A stretch of 64,000 nt of DNA from positions 19,802 to 83,801 of the forward strand of contig JAMASS010000013.1 of NCBI GenBank assembly GCA_024761205.1, given 5' to 3'. The position numbers were made by a program, and so were the translations under genes. Origin of the DNA: Limisphaerales bacterium. GTDB lineage: Bacteria; Verrucomicrobiota; Verrucomicrobiia; Limisphaerales; AAA164-E04. Shown piece after piece: positions 17,995 through 28,760 of this stretch; the stretch's first letter is position 1; every line of letters begins with the position of its first letter. The notes under the pieces are model-generated. The model saw nothing but the letters and a program-made list of their open reading frames with translations. It had not been told where the DNA came from and did no database searches.

Positions 17995-18657
17995 ATGCTG
18001 AAAGCCATCGTCACTGCAGGGCCAACCCATGAACCTTTGGATGAAGTTCGTCGATTGACAAATCACTCCACCGGTAGGCTAGGCATCGAATTCTCAAATT
18101 TTCTAACCCGGCTAGACATCGAAGTCACCTTATTGATTGGCTACTGCACCACCTACAAAGGCGCAGCAAACGCGAAACAAACCATCCCGTTCACCACAAC
18201 CGAAAGCCTCGCCCACGCCATGGAATCCCTTTCCCGGTCGCATTATGATGCGGTATTCCACGCCGCCGCCGTGAGTGACTATCGTTTCGAAAAGATCTAT
18301 TCGGAGAATAGCGAAGACCCATTGCCACCTGCCGGCACAGGCAAGATATCGACGGGTTCCGGAAAACTTATCGCTGAACTAGTGCCGACGAAGAAGATCC
18401 TTCGATCACTACGTTCATTGTTTCCAGACGCCTTCCTCGTCGGATGGAAATATGAAGTTGAAGGCAATCAAGAAACCGCAATTGAGAAATCCATCTTGCA
18501 GATAAGAGCATGCCAGACAGACCTCTCAGTAGCCAACGGTCCTGCCTACGGAAATGGATTTTCCATTGTCGGCTCAGAAGGTGCCACCACGCACGCCAAT
18601 GACCATGAAAGCCTATACAAGACTCTCACGGAACGCTTCTTGGCGCGAGCCGGCTGA
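17995..18657 (+). CDS. coaB: Stand-alone phosphopantothenate-cysteine ligase (CoaB/DFP domain)
   Basis: VTAGPTHEPLDEVRRLTNHSTG, HAAAVSDY, LVGWKYE. Confidence 0.82.
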   Translation: MLKAIVTAGPTHEPLDEVRRLTNHSTGRLGIEFSNFLTRLDIEVTLLIGYCTTYKGAANAKQTIPFTTTESLAHAMESLSRSHYDAVFHAAAVSDYRFEKIYSENSEDPLPPAGTGKISTGSGKLIAELVPTKKILRSLRSLFPDAFLVGWKYEVEGNQETAIEKSILQIRACQTDLSVANGPAYGNGFSIVGSEGATTHANDHESLYKTLTERFLARAG

Positions 18658-18681
18658 CGTGACAGCGCCAGCACGCACGCC

Positions 18682-20409
18682 CTACATCACATCCGTCACT
18701 TGAATCCCCAACAAACCCAACCCTTCCCGAATCATCGTACCCGCCTGCTCCACCAAGAGGAGTCGCGACGCCCGAACCGGCGCCTCAGCTTTCAGAATGG
18801 GACAGTTCTCGTAGAAACGAGCCAAGAGGCCAGCTAGTTCATACAAATAAGCGCACAAATAGTTGGGGCGATATTCCTCGATCACCAACTGCAGCACCAA
18901 CGGGAAATTGACAAGATGTTTCGCCAGGCCCACCTCCTCAGGTTCCGCTAATCGGATTTCGTTCTCTTGCCGAAGCACCTCAATGTCTCCATCAAACTTG
19001 CGAAAAATGCCTCGCGTTCTGGTATAGGCATATTGCAAGTATGGTGCCGTATTTCCTTTTAACGATAGCATGGAATCCCAATCAAACACGTAGTCTGACT
19101 GCCGATTTGGCAATAAATCAGCGTACTTTATCGCACCAATGCCCACGATTTTGGTGATAGCCTTTTTCTGTTCCTCTTCAAGCGCCGCATTCTTCTCCTC
19201 AACAATTTTCCTGGCTCGCTGTTCAGCCTCATCCAACAGGTCGGCAAGCTTGATAACGTCACCGGACCTTGTCTTAAACGGCTTGCCATCCTTCCCCATA
19301 ATGGAACCAAACCAGGTGTGATTCAGCCGGACTTTGTCATTTGGCTTCCATCTCCGATAGATGCGAAAAAGCTGCTTGAAATGAAGCTGCTGACGCCCAT
19401 CCGTGACATAGATAATCTCTGAGGGCTGCCACCGCTTGCTCCGATACTCCAAGGTGGCTAAATCCGTCGTCGCATAGTTGGCCGCCCCGTCACTCTTCTG
19501 GATTATGGCGGGGTGATTCTTCAACTCCGCATCATCCGGAAAGAAGACCAGCAGCGCTCCCTGACTTCGCTCAGCAAGACCTTCAGCTTCGATTTCCTGG
19601 ACCAGGCTGTTCAATCGGTCATTGTAGAAACTCTCTCCTAGCGTCTCATCAAATCGCACATCCAGACGTGAGTAAAGCTCATCAAACTGAAGGCGGGAAA
19701 GATCAATCATCCGCTGCCAAATTTCCCGGTTCGCTTCGTCTCCCTTCTGCAATTTCAGAAGCTCACTACGAGCGCGATCAAGAGCATCTCGGTCGGACTC
19801 ACACACCTGATTCATTTTCCGATAAAGCCGCTCCATCTCCCCCAACGCATCCCGATCCAAAGCCGCCTCATTCAGGTCCGTTTTCCACCCCGCAATGAGT
19901 TTTCCAAACTGCGTACCCCAGTCCCCAATATGATTATCAGTGACAACCCGGTGTCCTATAAACCGCAGAATCCGCGCGATACAATTGCCCAGATTTGTCG
20001 ACCGGATGTGCCCGACATGCATCGGTTTGGCCACATTGGGCGAACTAAAATCAACCACGATCGTGCGTGGCTCAGGCTCTCTTTCAACGAAACATTGCGA
20101 CGAGGATCGATTCTGATTGAGACAGGACTCAAGAGCGTCGATCCGGATTCTAAAATTGATAAACCCCGGCCCCACCGCCTCAATGCTCTCGCACAATGAT
20201 TTATCCTTGGACATCCGTTCAGCAACATCCGAGGCAACTCGACGCGCATCTCCGCCCCGGCGTTTTGTCACGGCCATGATCGAGTTGCACTGGTAGTCGC
20301 CAAACTTCACGACAGGACACTTGCGAACCAGGAGTTCCGATCCCTTCAGCTCCGGATGGACTTCCTCCAGTGCGTTTCTCAGACTCTCCTCTATTCGCTT
20401 GAATAACAC
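18682..20409 (-). CDS. argS: Arginine-tRNA ligase
   Basis: VDFSSPNVAKPMHVGHIRS, NHIGDWGTQFG, FKTRSG, GNTAPYLQYAY. Confidence 0.96.
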   Translation of the reverse strand: MLFKRIEESLRNALEEVHPELKGSELLVRKCPVVKFGDYQCNSIMAVTKRRGGDARRVASDVAERMSKDKSLCESIEAVGPGFINFRIRIDALESCLNQNRSSSQCFVEREPEPRTIVVDFSSPNVAKPMHVGHIRSTNLGNCIARILRFIGHRVVTDNHIGDWGTQFGKLIAGWKTDLNEAALDRDALGEMERLYRKMNQVCESDRDALDRARSELLKLQKGDEANREIWQRMIDLSRLQFDELYSRLDVRFDETLGESFYNDRLNSLVQEIEAEGLAERSQGALLVFFPDDAELKNHPAIIQKSDGAANYATTDLATLEYRSKRWQPSEIIYVTDGRQQLHFKQLFRIYRRWKPNDKVRLNHTWFGSIMGKDGKPFKTRSGDVIKLADLLDEAEQRARKIVEEKNAALEEEQKKAITKIVGIGAIKYADLLPNRQSDYVFDWDSMLSLKGNTAPYLQYAYTRTRGIFRKFDGDIEVLRQENEIRLAEPEEVGLAKHLVNFPLVLQLVIEEYRPNYLCAYLYELAGLLARFYENCPILKAEAPVRASRLLLVEQAGTMIREGLGLLGIQVTDVM

Positions 20410-20457
20410 AGCCAGTTCCTAAGCTTGGAAGGACACACAGATGAGCAATGAATGATT

Positions 20458-20913
20458 CTAGTGCGCCTTGAGTATCTGCTCCATCTCCGTGGCGGAAGAG
20501 GCGCCGCACAAAGAATTCCTAAAATCGCTGTCGTGCAGTGTCTTGGCAATGTTGGCAAGCGTGTGCAAATGCTTTTGAAACTGCCCCTGCGGCACGAGAA
20601 ACAGCATCACCAGATTCACTGGCTTGTTATCGAGCGCGTCAAAATTGATACCTCGTTTGGATCTTCCAAACGCACCCACCACATCGTCGACTAGATCCGT
20701 GGACGCATGAGGAATCCCCACGCCAAATCCGATTCCAGTACTCATCGACGCCTCCCGCTTCTTGACCACCGCCGAGATGGCATCCCGATCTTCGCCTCGG
20801 ATCTTGTTGCATCCCACAAGATGATCGATGAGCTCATCAATGACTTCCCACCGATCTCCTGCACCGAGATCGGCGACGATCTGTTCCCCTGTCAAAATCT
20901 CGCCAAGAAGCAT
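20458..20913 (-). CDS. PTS IIA (nitrogen-regulatory/fructose-type) protein
   Basis: REASMSTGIGFGVGIPHA, FDALDNKPV. Confidence 0.9.
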   Translation of the reverse strand: MLLGEILTGEQIVADLGAGDRWEVIDELIDHLVGCNKIRGEDRDAISAVVKKREASMSTGIGFGVGIPHASTDLVDDVVGAFGRSKRGINFDALDNKPVNLVMLFLVPQGQFQKHLHTLANIAKTLHDSDFRNSLCGASSATEMEQILKAH

Positions 20914-21082
20914 AAATTCACCAAGTCACCGAGATGCGTCTACCAAGCACAACCCATCGTAGAGGGGATTTCTGAATTGTCCAAAGCGGTTTCCGAAAAT
21001 CTTCCTATCCGCTCTCAAACCAACAGCATTGGGGGATTCTCTCGAACAGCGGCCCCATCCAAAGAACGCATTGACTAAGAAA

Positions 21083-21967
21083 TCAAACCGACCAAGCAGG
21101 ATCAGACGGAAGACAAGCGTCGAATTCGCTAATCAAAGCATCTTCGTAACTTCCTGCGTAATTTTCATCAAAGAATACCTGCAACGCTTCCTCAAACAGT
21201 CGCTGCCACGATCTCTCTTCTTCGCCCGGTGTGATTGGGCAAAACAAAGCGCCATTACTCTTGGCCGCCTTAAAGTCACCCGGGGCGTCACCAATCATTA
21301 GAATGCGATGAGCCGGATATCTCTCCGCGGCAGCCATCTTGATATGCTGCGTTTTCGTGCCCATCTCCTGCCCCGCAATCAACTGCACATAGCTCGATAG
21401 CGCATGCTCACCCCACTCCCGCTCGAGGGTTGCGACTGGCGTTTGTGAGATCACCAAGACGTCGGCAACACTCGTTAGTTTAGCCAGCGTCTCCCGCACC
21501 AGCGGAAAGGGAGGCACTCCATGCACGATATCCTCGACCGCATTATTCACGGCGTAGGACCATTCCAACACGCCTTTGAGCTTTTCGTTACCGCCGTTGA
21601 CCTCAGCTTCCAGACTCACATTTCCAAGCTTCGTTTCCTGACTAATCCAAAGATCCAAGGCATCGGTCTCCGGCACATCCAGCTGACGCGCAATGACCTC
21701 CGACCGGTTTCGCAAGAGGTCTAATGCGTTTGATAGTGCGGGAAACCGATTGATGCCCCTCATCCGCGAATACAGATTGACGAACTCCCAACACTCCCGC
21801 GCGTATTTACTCACCGCCTGAAGACCAAAGTGTTTGATGAACATGGGAGTAAAACACTCTTTGTGTTTGATTTCCATGCTGTCAAAAACGCAGCCGTCCG
21901 AATCGACACCAACGAAAAACTCGTTGTTCGGCTGAAAGGCTAACAATTTCTGAACAGGATCACTCAT
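21083..21967 (-). CDS. HAD-family hydrolase
   Basis: DSDGCVFD motif I, MIGDAPGD motif IV. Confidence 0.85.
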   Translation of the reverse strand: MSDPVQKLLAFQPNNEFFVGVDSDGCVFDSMEIKHKECFTPMFIKHFGLQAVSKYARECWEFVNLYSRMRGINRFPALSNALDLLRNRSEVIARQLDVPETDALDLWISQETKLGNVSLEAEVNGGNEKLKGVLEWSYAVNNAVEDIVHGVPPFPLVRETLAKLTSVADVLVISQTPVATLEREWGEHALSSYVQLIAGQEMGTKTQHIKMAAAERYPAHRILMIGDAPGDFKAAKSNGALFCPITPGEEERSWQRLFEEALQVFFDENYAGSYEDALISEFDACLPSDPAWSV

Positions 21968-22009
21968 GGCGTCTCAATTCCTTTTGAACCGCTTGCTGAG
22001 ACCTAAAAC

Positions 22010-23467
22010 CTACACGTTGTAGGTCGAGGACGAGACATCTCCGCCACGACCGGTCCAGTTGGTGTGAAAAAACTCTCCTCGAGGTCGATCGATCCTCTCG
22101 TAAGTATGCGCCCCAAAGTAGTCGCGCTGCGCTTGAAGAAGATTCGCAGGAAGTCGTTCCGTCCGATAACTATCATAGAAAGTTAGTGCCGTGGACATCG
22201 CCGGAACCGGAATTCCTTTCTTGGCCGCAGTAGCAACAACATTCCGCCAGGATCGCTGACACTTTCTGACTTCGGATTTAAAGAAGGGAGCAATCAGTAA
22301 GTTACTCAACTTAGGCCGCTTGGTATAAGCTTCCTTAATCTTTCCCAAAAACTGGCTACGGATAATACATCCACCTCGCCACATCAACGCAATAGCCCCA
22401 TAGTTCAGCTTCCATCCATATTCCTTGGCAGCGGCTCTGAGCAGCATGTACCCCTGAGCATAAGAGATTATCTTGGAAGCATAGAGTGCCGCACGAATGT
22501 CCCCGATAAACTTCTCGAGATCGCCGGTAATCGTCGGCTTTGGCCCCTTTAGGCGTTTCGACGTAATCATCCGCTCCTCCTTCAACGCAGAGATGCACCG
22601 ACTGTAGACAGCTTCCGAGATTAAAGTAATTGGCACCCCAAGCTCCACCGATGACATGACCGTCCATTTGCCGGTTCCCTTCTGCCCCGCTGTATCCAAG
22701 ACATTATCCACTAAAGGAGAGCCATCGTCGTCCTTATATCCCAAGATATCACGAGTGATCTCGATTAAGAACGAATCCAACTCTCCTTGATTCCATTCCT
22801 CAAACACTTGGTGCATTTCATCAGCGCTCATCCCGAGCCCTACCGACATCAGATGGTACGCCTCACAAATGAGCTGCATGTCCCCATATTCGATTCCGTT
22901 ATGGACCATCTTCACATAATGTCCTGCGCCCCCTTCGCCAACCCAATCACAACAAGGCGAGCCGTCTTCGACTTTCGCCGAAATCGACTGAAAGATATCC
23001 TTTACATACGGCCAAGCCGAATTCGAACCTCCTGGCATTATCGACGGCCCTCGTCGAGCACCCTCTTCACCCCCAGACACACCGGTACCGATGAATCGCC
23101 TGCCCTTCGATTCCAGATAATCAGTTCTTCGGATCGAATCCTGATAGAGGGAATTCCCCCCATCAATGATGATATCTCCAGCATCCAAATGCGGCAGAAT
23201 CTGTTCAATAAACTCGTCAACCGCGCTGCCGGCCTTCACCAGCATCATGATACGCCGTGGTTTCTTAAGCTTCGATACCAACTCAGGAATACTATGAGCT
23301 CCGACGATTTTTCGTCCCTGCCCCTCTCTCTCAAGAAAGTCGTCAACCTTGGAAACCGTTCGGTTATATACCGCCACGCCAAATCCGTGGTCATCCATGT
23401 TGAGGACAAGATTTTGCCCCATTACTGCCAGCCCAATGAGGGCAATATCCGAAGTCGCTTCTGCCAT
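22010..23467 (-). CDS. gnd: 6-phosphogluconate dehydrogenase, decarboxylating
   Basis: IGLAVMGQNL, GVSGGEEGA, KMVHNGIEYGDMQ, AGQKGTGKWT, QAQRDYFGAH. Confidence 0.97.
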   Translation of the reverse strand: MAEATSDIALIGLAVMGQNLVLNMDDHGFGVAVYNRTVSKVDDFLEREGQGRKIVGAHSIPELVSKLKKPRRIMMLVKAGSAVDEFIEQILPHLDAGDIIIDGGNSLYQDSIRRTDYLESKGRRFIGTGVSGGEEGARRGPSIMPGGSNSAWPYVKDIFQSISAKVEDGSPCCDWVGEGGAGHYVKMVHNGIEYGDMQLICEAYHLMSVGLGMSADEMHQVFEEWNQGELDSFLIEITRDILGYKDDDGSPLVDNVLDTAGQKGTGKWTVMSSVELGVPITLISEAVYSRCISALKEERMITSKRLKGPKPTITGDLEKFIGDIRAALYASKIISYAQGYMLLRAAAKEYGWKLNYGAIALMWRGGCIIRSQFLGKIKEAYTKRPKLSNLLIAPFFKSEVRKCQRSWRNVVATAAKKGIPVPAMSTALTFYDSYRTERLPANLLQAQRDYFGAHTYERIDRPRGEFFHTNWTGRGGDVSSSTYNV

Positions 23468-23666
23468 ATCCAAGGCCTCTCTACCTAAGTGCCAAAGAGG
23501 GTCTGAGAAAATCGATCACCTCAACGCCAATCATCTTACAGAAGGCCCGCAAACACAAATAAAGGTTTTTCATTCAACTCCTATCAAGACCAAACAAGCC
23601 GTCGGATGCTGATACCCACTGAAAACAGGAATCTCAAGGAGATGTCGATGAGCAACTCGACCGTAG

Positions 23667-23698
23667 AAAAAAAGGAGCGAGGGTCAATACCCTCGCTC
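23667..23698 (-). terminator. Intrinsic terminator of PEP-CTERM gene
   Basis: 10-bp stem GAGCGAGGGT/ACCCTCGCTC with an A7 run on + (U-tract on -). Confidence 0.8.
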
Positions 23699-23721
23699 AC
23701 AGTCCAAAAAGGAGAGTCAAA

Positions 23722-24402
23722 TCAGTAATTGTGCCTGCTTCCGACCGCTAATGACAACAGAGCTGCACCACCAAGGATTGAAAGCAAAACCGTACTTGGC
23801 TCAGGAATAGCCATAATTTCAACAGCAAAATTAGCCGGCGCACCAGGAATTGTCGCCAACGCCCAATCACCGGCCCCGTCACTCACCCAGATGTCATCAG
23901 CACTCTGCCCAATAGTCGGAGAATTGCGAAGCAACGGACCGACATTCTGATCAGGCTTCAAACCACTCAACTGCACAGAAACCGTAACACGATTAGCCAA
24001 AATCATCGGCTCAGGAATCTCATCAATGACTATAGCATTGTACCTCGAACCAATACTGATCACTTCACTCTCATAAGCGATAGTGCCCGGCTTTCGAGTC
24101 GTGGGAAGATTCTCCGGATCAACGACGTCGCCATCATTCTGCCGCACTCGGATAACTATTGTTCCCGTGGATTCAGATGAATAATACTCCAACTTCAGTG
24201 CAGAAAGCCTTCGATTCTCACCATCGAATGCGATCTCATCACCAAACTCCACACTCCGATCGGTTGGAGCAAATAACCCACTAATAGGAACCGCATCATT
24301 CCGATAGATCACCTCGGAACCATCGCTCTGCGCTTGCACACTTACCGCAACCCCTAAGCCCGCAACTAACGCCAGAAGATTTCCTGCCCTTGTTTTCTTC
24401 AT
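23722..24402 (-). CDS. PEP-CTERM sorting domain protein
   Basis: Signal peptide MKKTRAGNLLALVAGLGVAVSVQA; C-terminal IPEPSTVLLSILGGAALL. Confidence 0.88.
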   Translation of the reverse strand: MKKTRAGNLLALVAGLGVAVSVQAQSDGSEVIYRNDAVPISGLFAPTDRSVEFGDEIAFDGENRRLSALKLEYYSSESTGTIVIRVRQNDGDVVDPENLPTTRKPGTIAYESEVISIGSRYNAIVIDEIPEPMILANRVTVSVQLSGLKPDQNVGPLLRNSPTIGQSADDIWVSDGAGDWALATIPGAPANFAVEIMAIPEPSTVLLSILGGAALLSLAVGSRHNY

Positions 24403-24737
24403 ATTATTAACTCTCTCTTTCACACGCACTCTGCCTACATTCGCAAACAATTTCGACTTCATCATAAGCCGTGATAAATCACCGGTCAAGTCTATTGATT
24501 TTTTCGCCAGAATATTTTTTTGTTCCCGAGAAATCATCATTCCTGCTGATATGGAGACCTAGAATTGTCTCCATTCCGTCCGTCTTTCAGGATTTCTCGT
24601 ATAACCAGCCTGAAAAGAATTCCCTGGCTAAAGATTCGACGGCCGTTAAAACGGTAGCGAAATTCAGTAATCGCATACCTCTCGGGCTTGCCTCCTTCTG
24701 ACGACAATTTTCTTTCAAAGAAGACTTCCTTAGCCAC

Positions 24738-25190
24738 TCAACCAAATAATTTTCTCCTCCCCACATAGGGGCGGTGCAATCGCACCCGAGCCGGATCTCC
24801 GCCCTCTACATGATAAACAGTCCCCAAAACGAACGCGTTCTCCGCCTCAGCACCCGTAGAGGCAATCACGTTCCACCCGAATCCATCCCCGACCCACGCA
24901 AACTGCCCCGCGATCACGAACACATCATGAAATCCATCAACCCTCGAGCGAGACGCAAACAAAATTGTCGGATGCCAATGATAGTCGAGCTCCATTTCGT
25001 CCCGCTTACCATACCAACGGCCCCCAAAAGCATCAAATGCCTCAATAAATGGCTTCTTTCGCGCGCTCCCCTCAACTACCTGAACCAGGAATTTCTCCTT
25101 GATTTTAAACCGTTTGAGCATCTCGTACTGGCCGCTCTTTTTCACCATTTGGGCGCGGAATTGAAGGCAAGCCTGAGCTAACACATCCAC
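24738..25190 (-). CDS. Hypothetical protein (possibly a remnant)
   Basis: 150-aa ORF with protein-like composition and no recognised motif. Confidence 0.35.
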   Translation of the reverse strand: MDVLAQACLQFRAQMVKKSGQYEMLKRFKIKEKFLVQVVEGSARKKPFIEAFDAFGGRWYGKRDEMELDYHWHPTILFASRSRVDGFHDVFVIAGQFAWVGDGFGWNVIASTGAEAENAFVLGTVYHVEGGDPARVRLHRPYVGRRKLFG

Positions 25191-25399
25191 TCGGCGACCA
25201 CCACCCGCACCTCACACAAGCAAGCTTCGACGAAACTTGCCTGCGGACAACACACCCTCGGTCAGCCGTTCGGCATCAATGACCTCATACTCAGAAGGAA
25301 TTAAAGGATGCCCCCCAAGCAAATCCGCAGCCACCAGACCGTCCAGCCAAAAAGCACAAAAAACAGCGCTTTCTCTTCATTTCCGCTCGAATTTGACAG

Positions 25400-26634
25400 A
25401 ATAGCTCATCACAACATGGAAACAGCTAACTTGACATCCGCCTCACCTGCCCACTTCGCCGACGAGAACCAATCCGCCAAATCGCTGAAGACGGTATAGA
25501 TCGTAGGAATCACAAATAGCGTCGAAAAAAGTGCTCGTTCACATACCACCCACAACCACCATCCCCATCGACCGCTAGCTTTCCCCCCGCACCAAAACCG
25601 CTGGCAATGGGGAGAATCCCAGAAATGGTCGAAACGGCTGTCCTTAGAATCGGATGCAATCTGACACCACCTGACCGAACCATGGCATCTCGGGCCAAAA
25701 CGCCCATCACCTTAATCTGATTGGCAAATTCGATCAAGAGTATCCCATTCTTCGTCACCAAGCCCACCAACAGGATGAGCCCAAATCTAGCTGAACAGAT
25801 TGATATTCATCGCGGGAATGATCGGAATAACCTGCATATCACCGAGGCTCTTCAACAACCAGAGGAAGCCAACCGCTCCGATTCCCGCCAGCAGCACGGT
25901 CAACATCATGGCAAAGGGATGGATGAGACCCTCAAATTGGGACGCAAAAACCATGTGCACGATCACCAAAGCCCAAGATCAGCATCCAACCAATTTCGCT
26001 GCCGGCATCCTCAAAATCCTTCGACGCTCCCCTGTCACTCATAAAGAAGTCCCAACGGAATCATTTCTGTCACTATGGCCTCCACCCTCGCTACGACCGT
26101 GCCAATCAGGATTCCCATCAGCGCACCCGATATCGTGACGCTTCGGATTCGATTGAACCACTCGATGGCATTGGGAGACAACGCCGACTTCTTGATGAAT
26201 GATGTTGCTCAACTGAAGCAATTGTCCTTCTGAATTCCGCACATAGACCTGATCCAATTAGCGAGGCACCAAGCGCGAGTCCCGGCAAAGTTGAGCGATC
26301 ACGTCATACTCCTCCCCCTCCCTCTTAATCTTGCTGAGCTCAAACCCGCCAAATAAAACCTGCAAGATTTGGGACACATCTCGAAATCGAAACTCCCAAA
26401 ACCGCCGCCCGGTCTCGGTCAATGGCTAAACCTTCCACTGTCTGCAAGCGCTTCTCCGGGAAGCTCCGCCTTGATCTCGACCATTTCATTGGCCTCGACC
26501 GAGCCAATCAACGGCAAGGCCCCAGCCACCCATTCCCGTGCCGCTCTTTCAACGACAATCGGAATGACCATAGCCTCCAGCAGTGGCCCTTCTCCGTTCT
26601 GCGACTCTAACTGCAAAGCGCAAGAAAGAGACAC
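25400..26634 (-). pseudogene. Collapsed RND efflux operon remnant (MFP N-terminal fragment plus AcrB/MdtC-type C-terminal fragments)
   Basis: Fragments LIGSVEANEMVEIKAELPG; EYDVIAQL; DQVYVRNSEGQLLQLSN; ASQFEGLIHPFAMMLTV; GLVTKNGILLIEFANQ; RLHPILRT, in different frames. Confidence 0.85.
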
Positions 26635-26813
26635 TCACCCGCAGCGGCACTAATCCGTTCCGGAATCCGGGGTCAAATGCAAACACATCCCAAATGCTGG
26701 AGAATTGCCCTCGCCAATCGTTCTACAGCCAGAGGTCTTTTGTAATTGAAAACCTTAGGAACCCAACCGAAAGTGTAATGGCCTAAAATGAACCAACCAA
26801 CGAAAGCACAACC

Positions 26814-27749
26814 ATGAACCCATTTTTCCTTGTCCAACAACAAACCGCCGCCCTCGTCCAGCGACTCGGAAAATACACCCGCATCGCCGAGCCAGGGTTA
26901 AACTTTAAAATCCCCTTCATCGAAACGGTCGCCGGCCGAGTCAACCTTCGAGTCCGACAGCTAGACGTCGATGTCGAAACCAAGACCGAAGACAATGTCT
27001 TCGTCAAAGTCATCGTCTCGGTTCAATTCTACGTGCTTAAAGACAAGATCTACGACGCCTTCTATCGGCTCGACGACCCAGAGCGACAGATCCGATCCTT
27101 TGTTTTCGACGTCGTTCGCGCCCGCGTCCCGAAGATTAAGCTCGACGACGTCTTCGAAAAAAAGGATGAAATTGCCACTGTGGTCAAAGAAGAGCTAGCC
27201 CAAGTCATGGACGATTTCGGCTATGGTATCGTCAAAGCACTCGTCACAGACATCGATCCGGATGCCAAGGTCAAGGATGCCATGAACGAGATCAATGCCG
27301 CCCAACGGCTTCGCGTGGCCGCCGCTGAGAAAGGCGAGGCCGAGAAAGTCCTTCAAGTCAAAGCAGCCGAGGCCGAGGCCGAGAGCAAGGCCCTATCTGG
27401 ACGCGGCATCGCCGACCAACGACAGGCCATCGTTGAGGGACTCAAGGAATCCGTTGATCAGTTTCAAAAATCGGTCACCGATGCCAGCGCCACCGAGGTG
27501 ATGAACCTCGTCTTGATGACTCAATACTTCGATACGCTCAAAGAGATTGGGAACAACTCAAATTCGAACACCATCTTATTACCTCACTCTCCCGGTCATC
27601 TCACCGACCTAGCCGGACAAATCCGCGACGCAATGATTGCCGGCGAACAGGCGGCGGCCAATGTCACCGCTAGCCGCAAGACAAAAAGCTCCGATAGCAA
27701 GAGCCAAACACCGCACACAGGCACCATCCCGCCTACTCCATCCGAGTAG
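26814..27749 (+). CDS. SPFH/Band 7 domain protein
   Basis: RLGKY..EPGLNFKIPFIE, VETKTEDNVFV, AMNEINAAQR. Confidence 0.92.
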   Translation: MNPFFLVQQQTAALVQRLGKYTRIAEPGLNFKIPFIETVAGRVNLRVRQLDVDVETKTEDNVFVKVIVSVQFYVLKDKIYDAFYRLDDPERQIRSFVFDVVRARVPKIKLDDVFEKKDEIATVVKEELAQVMDDFGYGIVKALVTDIDPDAKVKDAMNEINAAQRLRVAAAEKGEAEKVLQVKAAEAEAESKALSGRGIADQRQAIVEGLKESVDQFQKSVTDASATEVMNLVLMTQYFDTLKEIGNNSNSNTILLPHSPGHLTDLAGQIRDAMIAGEQAAANVTASRKTKSSDSKSQTPHTGTIPPTPSE

Positions 27750-27926
27750 CCACGCTGGAATTCGGGGAAAGATTAACTGCCGGCCAGAAACGGAACGCGA
27801 ACACTGCTAGCGCCGAACTCGGCCCAACGCCCGCTAACCACACTCCCGCCCATTGAGCTTGTCTCTGCAGGAGAATCGTGACGGAGAGGCCTTCCGCCGA
27901 TAGGCTCGGCGTCGCAAAAACAATCC

Positions 27927-28760
27927 ATGAAGCGACGCCTCGATCAATACCTGTCGGAAGAAGAACTCTGCGAAAGTCGAGAGAAGGCAAAGCGTGCCGT
28001 GTTGGCCGGCGTTGTCCGCATCAATGGGCAGCGGGCATATAAACCAAGTGACATGGTTGAGGATGCTGACCACGTCGAATTGATCCAACCCAACAAGTAC
28101 GTCAGTCGTGGTGGACACAAACTCGAACAAGCGATCCAACATTTTGGAATTAGCATTGACGGAGCAACTGCTGTCGACCTCGGCGCTTCGACCGGAGGTT
28201 TCACTGATTGTTTGCTTCAGCACGGCGCTACCAAGGTCTATGCCATCGACGTTGGCAAAGGGCAGATGGCTTGGAAACTTAGACAAAATTCCCGCGTGGT
28301 GGTCATGGATCAAACCAACGCCCGGCACCTTCGTCGCCAGCAGATGCCGCCGCCGTTCGAGAGTGCTGATCTAGCAGCCATTGACTGTTCGTTCATTTCC
28401 CTAGGAAAAATCCTGCCCTCAGCGATCGATCTCACCTCGCCTTCCGGAAAGATCATCGCCCTCATCAAGCCTCAGTTCGAGGCCGGCAAAGCAGCTGTAG
28501 ACCGCGGTCGAGGTGTCATCCGCGATCCAAAGATTCATGAGCATGTCATTCAAAACCTTCAGCACTATGTGGCCTCTCAACCGGATCTACACTGGATCGG
28601 CACGACGGAATCACCTATCTTAGGCCCAGCGGGAAATAAGGAATTCCTCTGCTTGATCGAAAAATCGCATGCGTCAGATCCATCGAATCGGACTCATTGC
28701 CAATCCGGAAAAAGCCCGTTGGGAGGCGAATCTACGGAAGGCGGCCGAGTTGATTCATAA
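27927..28760 (+). CDS. tlyA: TlyA-family RNA methyltransferase
   Basis: S4 domain, YVSRGGHKL, DLGASTGGFTDCLLQHGA, LIKPQFEAG, GNKEFL. Confidence 0.93.
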   Translation: MKRRLDQYLSEEELCESREKAKRAVLAGVVRINGQRAYKPSDMVEDADHVELIQPNKYVSRGGHKLEQAIQHFGISIDGATAVDLGASTGGFTDCLLQHGATKVYAIDVGKGQMAWKLRQNSRVVVMDQTNARHLRRQQMPPPFESADLAAIDCSFISLGKILPSAIDLTSPSGKIIALIKPQFEAGKAAVDRGRGVIRDPKIHEHVIQNLQHYVASQPDLHWIGTTESPILGPAGNKEFLCLIEKSHASDPSNRTHCQSGKSPLGGESTEGGRVDS

